Shown here: positions 1 through 11,330 of the stretch, in pieces
Numbering within the stretch: the first letter of the stretch is position 1
Layout of the letters: the number at the start of each line of letters is the position of its first letter
Origin: Amoebidium appalachense
Taxonomy: Eukaryota; Protista; Ichthyosporea
Assembly: GCA_963693365.1 (NCBI GenBank)
Contig: CAVNZM010000016.1
Location: forward strand, 334,095 to 398,094
Direction of reading: 5' to 3'
DNA length: 64,000 nt
Program-made: the position numbers and the translations under genes
Notes under the pieces: model-generated
What the model was told of the DNA's origin: nothing
What the model saw: the letters and a program-made list of their open reading frames with translations, nothing else
The model's database searches: none

Positions 1-347
1 TGAGCGCAGCCCGTGCTACCAAGGAGGCCCTGTGGTTGCGCAAACTGACTACCGCCTGCGGCTTCCCTCCTATTAGCCCCACCATCCTGCACGAGGACAA
101 CCAGGCCTGCATCAAGATAGCCAAGAACCCCGAGTTGTTCAACCGCACGAAGCATATCGACATCAAGTACCACCTCACTCGCCACCACGTCCGTCGCGGC
201 GACATTTGGTTTGTGTACGTGTCGACCATTGAGCAAGCGGCGGACATGCTCACCAAAGCACTCGGGGGTGCAGCTCTCAACAACTGCAAGAAGATGGTGG
301 GCAAGGACACGTGCGACAAGTCATCGCACAAGATGCAGAAGAAGTGA
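1..347 (+). pseudogene. 3' end of Ty1/copia pol (RNase H), cut by window edge
   Basis: Copia RNase H motifs EALWL, EDNQACI, RTKHIDIKYH, QAADMLTKAL. Confidence 0.9.
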
Positions 348-483
348 GCGAATATTCGTGGCTATGCAACAAGGGGTGCGAGTGATTGTGTTTTCGTTAA
401 TATTTATTCGCTAATTTCTATTGGTGCACATTTATCCGCTAAGTTTTGTATTGCAGTATTTCGTGCCCTAATGTTGTAAGGGG

Positions 484-932
484 TGTGCCAGAATATACAA
501 CAATAGTGCACGGGTTGGCATATGCATTTCGCACGCACGTGCACAGCACGATTCTTCATTAGTTGCACATCTTTGGTTTACACAGGTTGCACGAGCACAT
601 AGCATACATAGTTAGGTACGATCGTTTATTTGTGCTTTATCTCCCTTTATTTCAAAAGCATGTACGGCATGCTCTTGTTTGCCCTCTGTTATTCATTAGG
701 CACGTGTGGTATTCATAGTTTGTTTAGCTATTGGCGATAGCAAGAGGAAAGCACGCATCCGACGATTGTTGTGCATGCTTTTCATGTTTTCTGTGTAGTC
801 GGGTGTTTTGTCTGCGATTGGACCGTATGAGGGGGATGCAGTTTGATTTCCGTTCATGTACGTGTCATTATATGATTGGTCAGATTTATAGTATTGATAG
901 TATTTGCCAATCAGATGCGCAAATACCTTTGG
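484..932 (+). repeat. Probable 3' LTR of the first copia, interrupted by the Ngaro element and resuming at 12077
   Basis: Purine run AAGGGG (478-483) followed by TG downstream of the copia stop codon. The partner LTR is outside the window, so the limits are uncertain. Confidence 0.45.
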
Positions 933-1492
933 ATAGAGGTTTTATTTGTGGAATTTATTGACATAAATATTTTTCTGGGTAAACACGTAGGATGGGTGTT
1001 CGATATTGACATAACCATGTAGGCTTCGTTTCGTGTTTTAGCAGTTCGCGATTGGCCGCTCGCACACGGGCACCTATTAGCTAATCAAAACATCAGATTC
1101 CACATATCGCTAGACCGATTTTGATTGGTTCGATTCAGATTCACATATCACTGGATCGATTTTCAATTGGCTCAGGTCGGTAGGCTTAGGTATATAAGCA
1201 AGACAGTTTTCAGCAGATCAGCAAGCTACAAACACATCTTCTGTGTTGAGCACCTACAGCCCTTACGGCTATACATTTTCTTTTCACACTCCGTGACAAC
1301 TCTTGACACGAGCTTCTGTCACACCTTGACAATCGTGCCATCCTTGCAAGTTCAGCTTGCCCTCGTGTCCTCCTCGCAAGTTAGGCTTGCACTCCTGCCA
1401 GTTCCGTCCCGGTTAGGGCTAGTCGCCCTACAAGTTCCTCGACACTTCAAGAAGATTTCCTGACATGGCCCCTCACGCGCCGCGCCGCTGTG

Positions 1493-4400
1493 TGTTGTTC
1501 TCGAGCGGGAGGAGGCAGCGGTGAGAGATGACACGTGTTCGGTCAGTCGGCGGTAACGGCTACATAGCGGTGCAAGCTGATTGGCCCTAACGGGTAGAAT
1601 GTTAAGCTCAGTCGTATGTATCTTTAGTGATTGGATATAGATCAGGTATAGTTATGAAGTGATCCGTAGTTATCAGTAGATAGGTGATATGATTGGTGGC
1701 TTTTCCACTGTTCTAAAAATGTGAGTGAGCCGCGCACCAGCTTTGTAGAGCTGGCTGTGGGCGTCGTTCGTTCAGTTCTTGTTTTTAGAGCTAGTGTGTA
1801 GGTGAAAAGAAAAAAGGGGAGGGAGCAACGTGATAAGGTAATAATTAGGCTGTTTGGGTGTTTTCTTGGTTTGGTGGCACCTTGTGTAAAGGGGCAGAAG
1901 CTGAGACCTCAGTCTGATTAGTTGGTGCCTTACGGTTTGCTCTTGCTTTCTCTTTGGTTTTCGTTTTAGCGTTTGTGTGAGTGTCTGGCATCAGAGGTAA
2001 AAGGGATTTGTAGAGTTAGTTGGTTGAACTAAGTTTGGTGGTGCTACTGTAAAAGCGCACAAACTAGTTGCCTTAGCTAGCTGTCCTTTTTTCTGTTGAC
2101 TTCTGCAATTGTCACACGAATTCTGGCAACTCAACGTTAACCAGCTCGTTCTCCTCATTTTCAAGGTTCCTTTTTTCGCTCTAGATATTAATACGACTTT
2201 TACATTTGTCTTTTCCCTTCAGTATGTTGTTTAGCTCGCTAGCGCTGAGGAGTCTTGTAGAGTGAAAAACTACGTAAATTTTGTCTGTCTCTCTGCCTAT
2301 ACAGTCACAGTGAACTTTCTGAACTCCAAGCATTACAAATACGTGCTCTGCTTTCCTTGACATGGGCAAGTGAGCCTCTCTTCTTCCCGAGCAGAACTCT
2401 CTTATATACGACATTGTGAGTCAATGCACGGTCTCTACTAGGTAGTCGAGCTCGGTGTAAACACACGGCCTCCCCCTGTGGGGAGGTGCGGGGGGTGTCA
2501 CGGTGGCGCGCGTGTGTGTGGATGGACCGTTCGATGGCAACAAGGATGCCTAGGCCCAGCTTCCACAGATTCGTACCCCCCTGCGCCTCCCGCAGCTGCC
2601 CAGCTGAGGCAGGGGGAGGCCACGGTCCACAGCCTTCGTTCCCGAACACAGCTGCCACGGAACCAGCTGAGTTTGGTTCTTTCCTTCGGAAGTGGTACAC
2701 CGGTGAGCCCGTAGCCCCCCATGTTAGTACCCCTGGTGAGGGCGTCACGGGCGCGGCTGAGCCAGGCTTGTTTCCCCATGTGTCTAATGATTTACTTCCA
2801 CTTCCCCTTTTTGTAGTCCCGCTGTTGCTTGATGGTGTTAGGTTGTCCTCTCCAAGAAGACGTGGGAGGTTCAACAAGAGATTTGCTGTGTTAAAGTTGG
2901 TTAATAGAACCATAGCTGCAATCAACACGTTGTATAATGGGCCACCTGGCTCGGTAGAATCTCCTAGGAACGATGTTTGGCACAACATGCACGACACCTC
3001 TTCCCAGAATCACACACACTTTTCAACATTTTCCCCTCCTACCAGCACACATTTTTTTCCCACGCCTTTTCCTAAATCCACGCACTTTTCTCATGCACCC
3101 TCACCGGCACATTCACAATCCATTCAGCGAATTTTCGTTTTTTGCGCGGATATGCGCCGCAGGATCAGCAATGTCCCCTTAGCGGCTGTGTCTGAATCTT
3201 TCCCATATTTCAATCACTCAAAAGCTTTCACCCCCATAGTTGCTGAGCGTATTGCCCTTCCTCCTGAGGGGTTTGGGGCAACAGTTCCGCTCCTAGAGGT
3301 CCTTCCACCTGACCTCAAGGAGATGATGGAGAAGCCAAACGTGTTGGTGGTGGCGTCAAATCGCACGGGTGACGCGGTCGGACAGCCGAACGGTCACGGA
3401 GTTTGCGGGCTTGGGGGCGTGTTGGCAACTGAGAGCACCACTGAGGGTGCTGAAGGAGCCCACCCTTTGCCCGGGCGTCCTGTCCATGCATTTGCGTCGC
3501 CTGCGGAGTGGCCTATATTGGCTAAGCGTATGTATGTTTGTGGTATGGTTGCTTTTTCAGAAATTTCGGAGCCCCCAAAGATTATCAATGGTTTATTTGC
3601 GGTGGAGAAAGATGAGAAGGAAGACCGTCTTATCATGGATGCTCGCCCCATGAATGCAGTCATGATAGACCCGCCCAATCCGAATTTTCCCAGTCCGGCA
3701 GATTTGTGTAGTATCATTGTTCCGAAGGACGCAGCGGTGGTGGTGGCCAAGTACGATTTTTCGAATTTCTACCACCGTTTTCGGGTGCCAGACTGGCTGT
3801 CTTGGTACCAAGGGCTTCCGCCGGTTTCGTCTTCAGCAGTGGGACTGCCGGGTGTCGATAGGTTGGTGTATCCGCGGGTGTTGTCTATGCCGATGGGCTG
3901 GAAATGGGCACCGTTTGTCGCCCAACGTTCTCACCAGCACATCACGCACCCGCCTTTACGTATCGAACGATGCATCCAATCGAATTCTTCACCGGCGCAT
4001 TCCATTACCGACCAATCGGATACGGCACATTTGATCTACGTGGATGATTGGGTGGGGGTTGGGTTGGAGGAATCTACTGTAAATTCCGAGATGACGGCAG
4101 CCGGGCGCGCTGGAGAGACACACGGATTCGAAATAAAACCGTCCAAAACGGTCACGGCGTCACGAGACCACCCGGAGACCGTAGCACTTGGGTTGGCTAT
4201 AGGACGGGACGGTGTTATTCGACCGGATGCATCACGGTTGGCGCGGCTACTAGCCGACACAAAGGCGGTTCTGTTCATGCGGGAGGTGGCTCCACGGGCG
4301 TTATCTCGTTTGCTTGGGGGCTGGGCGTGGTTGTTGCTTTTGAATAGAGCTTTATTTTCTGTGTTAGAGGCGAGTTATCAGTTTGCGTTGTCAGCCGGCC

Positions 4401-7054
4401 AATGTCCACTAACGGCATGCCCAATCCCCTCTGCAGTCAAGGGGGAGTTGGCCCTGTTGGTGGATTTGGCACCTCTCATTGTGTGTGATTTGACGGCTGC
4501 TCCCGCCTCTCTTCTGTTGGCATCAGATGCGTCCACCAAGGGAGCAGGTGTTTCTATTGCGTCCGTTACGGCTGAGCAATCGTTGACGGCATTAGCACAG
4601 TCGGTGTCCAGACCCGGTTATTCCTTCTTGGGGCCTGTGGACGACACCGGTGAGCTCGTGATTAACGCCCTTTCAGCCGATGAATGTAACGACAGCACGA
4701 ACCACCCCACGACCGACGACTCTTTTCTGAAAGTAGTTGACGGTCTGCAGTGGCACCATCCGATATCTACTCCGTGGCGGCACGAAGATCACATCACCAT
4801 CCTCGAGGGGCACGCGCTGCTATTATCACTACGACGTTTCACGCGAGCACCACAAAATCACAGCACCAGAGTAGCTCATCTCATCGACAACACATCTTTA
4901 TTGTTTGCGGTGGCCAAGGGTAGATCGAGTTCACGACGGCTAAACCATCTGTGCCGGCGGGTGGCAGCACTTGTGTGTGCAGCCGCACTTCGACCGGCGT
5001 GGGTGTGGGTCCCTTCTGCCCACAATCCAGCAGACATGCCGTCACGTGACGTCGTCCCCTCTGCAAAAATCACGCATATGCTCAATCTCAATGTCACGGC
5101 TCCCACAGTGGCGAAATACGACAACGCCTTGAACAAATTCGTAGCGTGGTGTGTGGAAGATGGGGTGAGCACCTTCCAGTCGGTAGAGCAGGTGGATAAC
5201 ATGCTTGCGAGCTATGCAGCTGACATGTACGAAGAGTTGGGGGAGACCCGCAGCGGGCTCGCCCACTGCAAGACGGTGCTGTCAGCCATCCACCATTTCT
5301 ATCCCCAGTGCAAGGACTCCTTGGTCCTGTCGGCCAGGGTCCTAAGGGGGTGGGACCATGCTAACCCGACCAATCACCACAGACCACTCCCCTACGACTA
5401 CATGATTTTGGCAGTGTCGGCTCTGTGGGAATACAAGATGCCGCACGTAGCACTCTATCTGTGTATGTCATTCGCAACCTACACCCGGCCGGGGGAGCTC
5501 TCGCGGCGCACGGTGGCAGACTTCATTCCTCCGAATGATCCACGGTTGATTGAAATCAATGCTCCAGCGGGCAGTGCAGTGTTGCTTCTTCCACGGTCCA
5601 AAACGGGCAATCATCAGATGGTGGTGATCCGTGATCCAGTGTGCTTGCATTTGCTGCAGAAGCTCATGGCAGTGGGTGCATTTCCCCATGGCTCCCGCCC
5701 ATCCGACCCTCTGTTTCATCCTGGGTACACACCATCGCTGGTAGCAACTCGTATGCAACAGAGTCTGACGGCTGTGGGCCTGGATAGCGACTTCTCATTG
5801 TACAGCACACGGCACGGGGCAGCCTCCACAGCAGCACTCAGAGGGGAGGACTATGAGCAAATTCGTATTAATGGTCGGTGGCGTAATTTCACGACGCCTT
5901 TCAACCACTACATTGACACGAACAAGGCCATGCTCCTGGCAATTTCAATGCCCGCTCATCTGTCAGCCCAGGCAAAATCCTTGGCCCGTAGGCCACACAT
6001 GATTACGCACGATTAGCAGCTACAGGCTTCTACTACACACACCCAACACACATTATTTAAAAGACACAATCACAAAATAAAAACAAGTAGGGTAGGTTTG
6101 GATAGATGAAGGGGTTCTTTCGGCCATTGTGTGCTGGAAGTGCTGTTCCTTCAATAGCCTATCATACACACACAAACACACACACATACACACACACACA
6201 CGTGTGCACACACACACAGTGTTCTGGGGTTTAGGGGGTTTATCCGGGGGTTTTGGGGGTTTTCTGATCAGATACTGATATTATTTATTAGGGCTAAAAT
6301 CAATAATAAAATTCCTCACTGACTTGCATTTCTGCTTCTCTTTGTCTCGGTCACCTCGGGGAGCCACGACGGGAGTGAGGGGAAGTCTTGCCTCCGGCAT
6401 GTTGTTCTCGAGCGGGAGGAGGCAGCGGTGAGAGATGACACGTGTTCGGTCAGTCGGCGGTAACGGCTACATAGCGGTGCAAGCTGATTGGCCCTAACGG
6501 GTAGAATGTTAAGCTCAGTCGTATGTATCTTTAGTGATTGGATATAGATCAGGTATAGTAATGAAGTGATCCGTAGTTATCAGTAGATAGGTGATATGAT
6601 TGGTGGCTTTTCCACTGTTCTAAAAATGTGAGTGAGCCGCGCACCAGCTTTGTAGAGCTGGCTGTGGGCGTCGTTCGTTCAGTTCTTGTTTTTAGAGCTA
6701 GTGTGTAGGTGAAAAGAAAAAAGGGGAGGGAGCAACGTGATAAGGTAATAATTAGGCTGTTTGGGTGTTTTCTTGGTTTGGTGGCACCTTGTGTAAAGGG
6801 GCAGAAGCTGAGACCTCAGTCTGATTAGTTGGTGCCTTACGGTTTGCTCTTGCTTTCTCTTCCCTCCCTCCCACCCTTGGATAGATGAAGGGGTTCTTTC
6901 GGCCATTGTGTGCTGGAAGTGCTGTTCCTTCAATAGCCTATCATACACACACAAACACACACACATACACACACACACACGTGTGCACACACACACAGTG
7001 TTCTGGGGTTTAGGGGGTTTATTCGGGGGTTTTGGGGGTTTTCTGATCAGATAC
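1493..7054 (+). mobile_element. YR retrotransposon family 2, copy 1 (single RT-RH-YR ORF, split direct repeats)
   Basis: A1 1493-1954 = A2 6400-6861; B1 6098-6275 = B2 6877-7054. Flanked by a 30-bp direct duplication (1463-1492 / 7055-7084). Confidence 0.92.
2486..6016 (+). CDS. Fused reverse transcriptase-RNase H-tyrosine recombinase polyprotein (first ATG near 2519-2546)
   Basis: RT: RLIMDARPMN, YDFSNFY, MPMGWKWAP, IYVDD. RH: ASDAST, ITILEGHA, IDN, WVPSAHNPADMPSR. YR: TRPGE, RSKTG, YSTRHG, GRW..HY. Confidence 0.92.
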   Translation: MRGVSRWRACVWMDRSMATRMPRPSFHRFVPPCASRSCPAEAGGGHGPQPSFPNTAATEPAEFGSFLRKWYTGEPVAPHVSTPGEGVTGAAEPGLFPHVSNDLLPLPLFVVPLLLDGVRLSSPRRRGRFNKRFAVLKLVNRTIAAINTLYNGPPGSVESPRNDVWHNMHDTSSQNHTHFSTFSPPTSTHFFPTPFPKSTHFSHAPSPAHSQSIQRIFVFCADMRRRISNVPLAAVSESFPYFNHSKAFTPIVAERIALPPEGFGATVPLLEVLPPDLKEMMEKPNVLVVASNRTGDAVGQPNGHGVCGLGGVLATESTTEGAEGAHPLPGRPVHAFASPAEWPILAKRMYVCGMVAFSEISEPPKIINGLFAVEKDEKEDRLIMDARPMNAVMIDPPNPNFPSPADLCSIIVPKDAAVVVAKYDFSNFYHRFRVPDWLSWYQGLPPVSSSAVGLPGVDRLVYPRVLSMPMGWKWAPFVAQRSHQHITHPPLRIERCIQSNSSPAHSITDQSDTAHLIYVDDWVGVGLEESTVNSEMTAAGRAGETHGFEIKPSKTVTASRDHPETVALGLAIGRDGVIRPDASRLARLLADTKAVLFMREVAPRALSRLLGGWAWLLLLNRALFSVLEASYQFALSAGQCPLTACPIPSAVKGELALLVDLAPLIVCDLTAAPASLLLASDASTKGAGVSIASVTAEQSLTALAQSVSRPGYSFLGPVDDTGELVINALSADECNDSTNHPTTDDSFLKVVDGLQWHHPISTPWRHEDHITILEGHALLLSLRRFTRAPQNHSTRVAHLIDNTSLLFAVAKGRSSSRRLNHLCRRVAALVCAAALRPAWVWVPSAHNPADMPSRDVVPSAKITHMLNLNVTAPTVAKYDNALNKFVAWCVEDGVSTFQSVEQVDNMLASYAADMYEELGETRSGLAHCKTVLSAIHHFYPQCKDSLVLSARVLRGWDHANPTNHHRPLPYDYMILAVSALWEYKMPHVALYLCMSFATYTRPGELSRRTVADFIPPNDPRLIEINAPAGSAVLLLPRSKTGNHQMVVIRDPVCLHLLQKLMAVGAFPHGSRPSDPLFHPGYTPSLVATRMQQSLTAVGLDSDFSLYSTRHGAASTAALRGEDYEQIRINGRWRNFTTPFNHYIDTNKAMLLAISMPAHLSAQAKSLARRPHMITHD

Positions 7055-7244
7055 ACATGGCCCCTCACGCGCCGCGCCGCTGTGATCTAAGTCCCTACCA
7101 CTCGTCTAATTTCAAACCCCGTTTTCAATCCCGATGGCCTAGAATTTCACACCCCGCTTCGATCCGCATTGACTATCCTCGCTCATAGTCCTTGCCCGAT
7201 TGCCCTTCTGAGTATTCAAATACGGTACTCCAATCGCGTCGCTT

Positions 7245-7976
7245 ATGTTAAACCCAGTCAAAGCACCTTGTGCTTTCCTACTGTTCAGGAGTACTGACCC
7301 CAAGTCCCTGCCAGAACAGCTTACCGTGTTCAACCCGCCTCCTTCCCTGTTTTCCCACCCTGTTTCCCGCCATGTCTCCCCCCACCATGACTTCACTGTC
7401 GATGGATACCTCACATTCCATTGGTCTGCCCCGCATTCCAGCAGCATTTTTTCCTCAGATCACAAGGCCAGCCTCGTCGAGATCTCAGCTACCCCAAACC
7501 CTGCACGGCCCCAGTTCCCCTGCAGCTATTCCCCCCCTGTTGCCACCCGACCCCGGCCAGCTACACATGCTGCCAGGTCCGGTCGTTCCCATCCACGTTT
7601 CTGCCCAGCCAGCCTACCGTGCTGCCTGCCCATCCACGTTTCTGCCCAGCCAGCCTACCGTGCTGCCCGCCCCCGTTTCCAAAGCCCCTGGCCCGACCCA
7701 GTTAACCTTCTCCGTCCGGACTTACCTGCCTTTGACCCTGCCTCCGTCGTGCCTGATCCCAAAACCAATCCCGTCAAAGCCCCTCCTCCCCTCCCTGTTC
7801 CGGCTTTCCCAGTAACCCCCGAGCAGCAAGAACCCTCAGGCTCGACGCCCCTCCAAACGAATTTCAAATTACGCGACCTCCGCAACCAGCTGCCCAACGC
7901 TCCCGCGGGCACTGACGCGCCTCCGGCGGCCCCCACCACCACGGACCCTCCAAGCCACTCTCCCCTCTACCCCTGA
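7245..7976 (+). pseudogene. Pro-rich remnant, probably the decayed gag-like ORF of the Ngaro element
   Basis: Position after A1 once the nested insertion is removed; no diagnostic motif. Confidence 0.35.
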
Positions 7977-8215
7977 AGCCCCCCCTCAGGCCTGTCCCAT
8001 GTAGTACCCCAAGCCCGGCTGTGGTCTAAGACTTGATGGCTTCACACCGCCCCACAAGCCCGGCGGGGGACAAACCCCCAACCGCCCCGACCCGCACCCC
8101 GGCCTGGCAACACCGGCCCGATCGGTGGAGCTACCCGCCACGCACTACATGAATTTCCACATTTAAGGTCGGTCCTGCGCTAAGCAGCCCTGCCCCCTCT
8201 CCCACGTGTGCCCGC

Positions 8216-8822
8216 TGTCATGTGCTGAGCTGATTCGTATTAGTTTGCTTCTATAATTCGTGTTTTGGTGAGTGAATTTCGGGGGTTTTCTTGCATAGTG
8301 ATGCCGGGGTCTAAGTGGGGTATGAGGAGATTAATCAGTGGTATGGGGAGAACCTGATGCGGCGGCGGCTGATTGTTAAAGGTGCGCGCGTGCATGCACC
8401 ATGCCTCTGCGTACTCTCCATGTTAAATGTTGTATTGCTTCTTGCTGTGTGCTTGGCGAGACCCATGTTGCCTGCTCGCGTGTGTGTATGCTTATATGTA
8501 TTGTGAGTAAACGTGTGTACGTGTTGTAGTGCTGTAGGGGTGTCTGAGGTGGCGGTAGCCAATGGTGTGGAGTGCGTGTAGTCTGTGGGGGAGGGAGTGT
8601 TGTGATTGGCTGAATGTCACTGTGGTATTTGTCTGGCCAGTGGGCCGCGTGTCTGTGAAGTGTCTCGCGGGGTCGCGGGCTTTTGGAAGTTCTTCTCAGA
8701 ACACAAAAAACTCGCTTCCCACCCAACTCAAAGAAAAGTTTATACGTATACACGGTTTCGAGCCCCTTTAAGCGTGCAGATAGTTAGAGTAGTTCATATA
8801 CACTCTGTTTGTTGCCACGACA
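8216..8822. mobile_element. Solo LTR (607 bp)
   Basis: TGTCATG...CACGACA termini; 5-bp TSD CCCGC at 8211-8215 and 8823-8827. Confidence 0.8.
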
Positions 8823-8889
8823 CCCGCTCTGCTCTGGCACACACCCCCGCAAAGACTGCAAGCCTAATGCCTAGTCTACGCGCACACCC

Positions 8890-9116
8890 ACACACACAGA
8901 TAGAACATAGGGGCTAGGAGCTAGGATACACGGGTACAGGGACACGGAGCTCGGGAGCTCGGGTCACTAGGGCTAAGTACAAATTTTTGCAAGCCACCTA
9001 CGGCGCGCGCGCGCGCCACAGAATACATGTCCCTACACAAAGACGTTATTCTGGCCACTGCACATAATTTTACTCCCCACCCATCCCACGAGCCCCCCCC
9101 CTTACACTCACCCTAG

Positions 9117-9147
<31 letters not shown>

Positions 9148-9961
9148 TTCTAACTCTGTGTCCACCCGCATCCCCGCGTGCTCGGGCATCCCCTGCACAT
9201 GGCCCCGCTGTTCTGCCTGCAACCTCCCTCGGGCCCAGCTGCCCGCACACACAGATAGAACATAGGGGCTAGGTGCTAGGATACACGGGTACAGGGACAC
9301 GGAGCTCGGGAGCACGGGCCACTAGGGCTGAGTACAAATTTTTGCAGGCCACCTACGGCGCCCGCGCGCGCCACAGAATACATGTCCCTACACAAAGACG
9401 TTATTCTGGCCACTGCACATAATTTTACTCCCCACCCATTCCACGAGCCTCCCCCCCCCCCTTACACTCACCTAGCACTCCCTCCCCCCCCCCCCCCCCC
9501 CCCCCCTTCTAACTCTGTGTCCGCCCGCATCCCCGCGTGCTCGGGCATCCCCTGCACATGGCCCCGCTGTTCTGCCTGCAACCTCCCTCGGGCCCAGCTG
9601 CCCGCACACACAAGATAGAACATAGGGGCTAGGAGCTAGGATACACGGGTACAGGGACACGGAGCTCGGGAGCACGGGCCACTAGGGCTGAGTACAAATT
9701 TTTTTTGCAGGCCACCTACGGCGCCCGCGCGCGCCACAGAATACATGTCCCTACACAAAAGACGTTATTCTGGCCACTGCACATAATTTTACTCCCCACC
9801 CATCCCACGAGCCTCCCCCCCCCCCCCCCCCTTACACTCACCTAGCACTCCCTCCCCCCCCCCCTTCTAACTCTGGGTCCGCCCGCATCCCTGCGTGCTC
9901 GGGCATCCCCTGCACATGGCCCCGCTGCCCTGCCTGCAACCTCTCTCGGGCCCAGCTGCCC
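8890..9961. repeat. Tandem repeat, ~355-360-bp unit, 3 copies, inside the Ngaro element
   Basis: GATAGAACATAGGGGCTAGG recurs at 8899, 9254 and 9614; units differ mainly in poly-C length. Confidence 0.9.
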
Positions 9962-9985
9962 TACTCTAAACCCCCCGGGGCCCTG

Positions 9986-10022
<37 letters not shown>

Positions 10023-10053
10023 CTGCCGGGGTCTCCCCGAGGGTGCCCCACCC

Positions 10054-11330
10054 TTGCTAACCACACCTTCCCCCGAGGCTCAGACCCGGAGGCCCAGCCC
10101 CCCCTCGGCCACCAGCGCGGCCACCCTCTTCCCGGACCAATTCCTTGCTGAGTTTCCGGTCCTCCGTTCCTCCCCCATCGGCGCCGTTACTACAAAAACA
10201 AGCCCGGGACCCCAGCTCATTCTCGACGCAGGCCCCGGCTGCTACATGGCAGTGGCAGACGTGCAGGCTGCCTTCCGGCACATGCCCTCTCCCTTCCCCT
10301 GGGCTCAACCCCCCTCCCCTCCCCCCCCCCCCCGATCTTCCCTTCCGGAGCAACGCTGGCAGATTGGCCCCCCACTTTGCTCCGGCCGTGCTGCTTCGAG
10401 CCACCACTACCCTGCAGGAGTGCCAGGCCCTGAGTCTCAACCTCGACTCTCGGGCCTTCTACTCCCGGGTGCAGAAAGTGTTCATCGATTTTTGTGGCAT
10501 CTCGGCTGCCATCCTCCTCCGGGTCCTACCTCCCGGCCTCCCCACACACCGGGCAGCTCTTTCTTGCCTGGTGTGCCCAACAAGGGGTACAGGCCTCTTC
10601 CTTGGCCGGCTACAATTCGGCTATCACCAGACTCCACCTCGACATGGGACTTCCGGCTCCCTACCCCCACGACAAGTCTCTCGCCTGGTTCCTACAAGGG
10701 GTGGGCAGATGGCAGCTTTTCTCACAACATCCGACCCCGATCATCTCCCAGAGAACCCCTCCTGCCCTCCCACCTCGGCCTACTCCATGGCCAGTGCCCC
10801 ACCCAGGCCTCCTCAGCCAATCGCCGGCTTTGGACGGCCCTCATCGTCGGTTTTTGTGGTCTCCTCCGTTCGTGGGAATTTACCTCCAAGACCCTGACTT
10901 CCTTCGACCCGTCCCGTCACGTGAAATGGAAGGACATGACCTTCAGCTACACCCCCACCAGTACTTTGTCCCATGCCACCCTCCACCTGCCAACCTCCAA
11001 GATGGATGTACAGCCCTAAGTGTCAACGTCACTCTAGCTGCCCTGCCTCTCAACCACTTCTCCCCAGCCCATCTCCTCCGGCAGTTCCTGGATACGACAT
11101 CCGGTCAACCTGACGACCCCCTGTTCAGTCTCGGTGGCATTCCCTACACCAAGGGTGTTTTCTCTGACGACTTCCGTGCCCTCCTCTCCCGGGCGGGCCT
11201 CTCACCCTCCCGGTTTGCCGGCCACAGCCTCCGAATTGGGGGGGCCACAGCCCTGGCCGAGGCCGGGGTCGACGACTCCAGGATCCAACAACTTGGCAGA
11301 TGATCTTCCGACTGTTCCCTGATCTATACT
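10054..11330 (+). pseudogene. Ngaro RT fragment plus frameshifted tyrosine recombinase
   Basis: GPGCYMAVADVQAAFRHMP (RT); GFCGLLRSWEF, LHLPTSKMD, GHSLRIGGAT, IQQLGR*SS (YR, with Trp replaced by a stop). Confidence 0.85.

Noticed and set aside
1955-2414. Antisense gag-like ORF in YR family 2
   Set aside because: The minus-strand frame looks protein-like (SEKRNLENEENEL) but has several stops in an otherwise intact young element.
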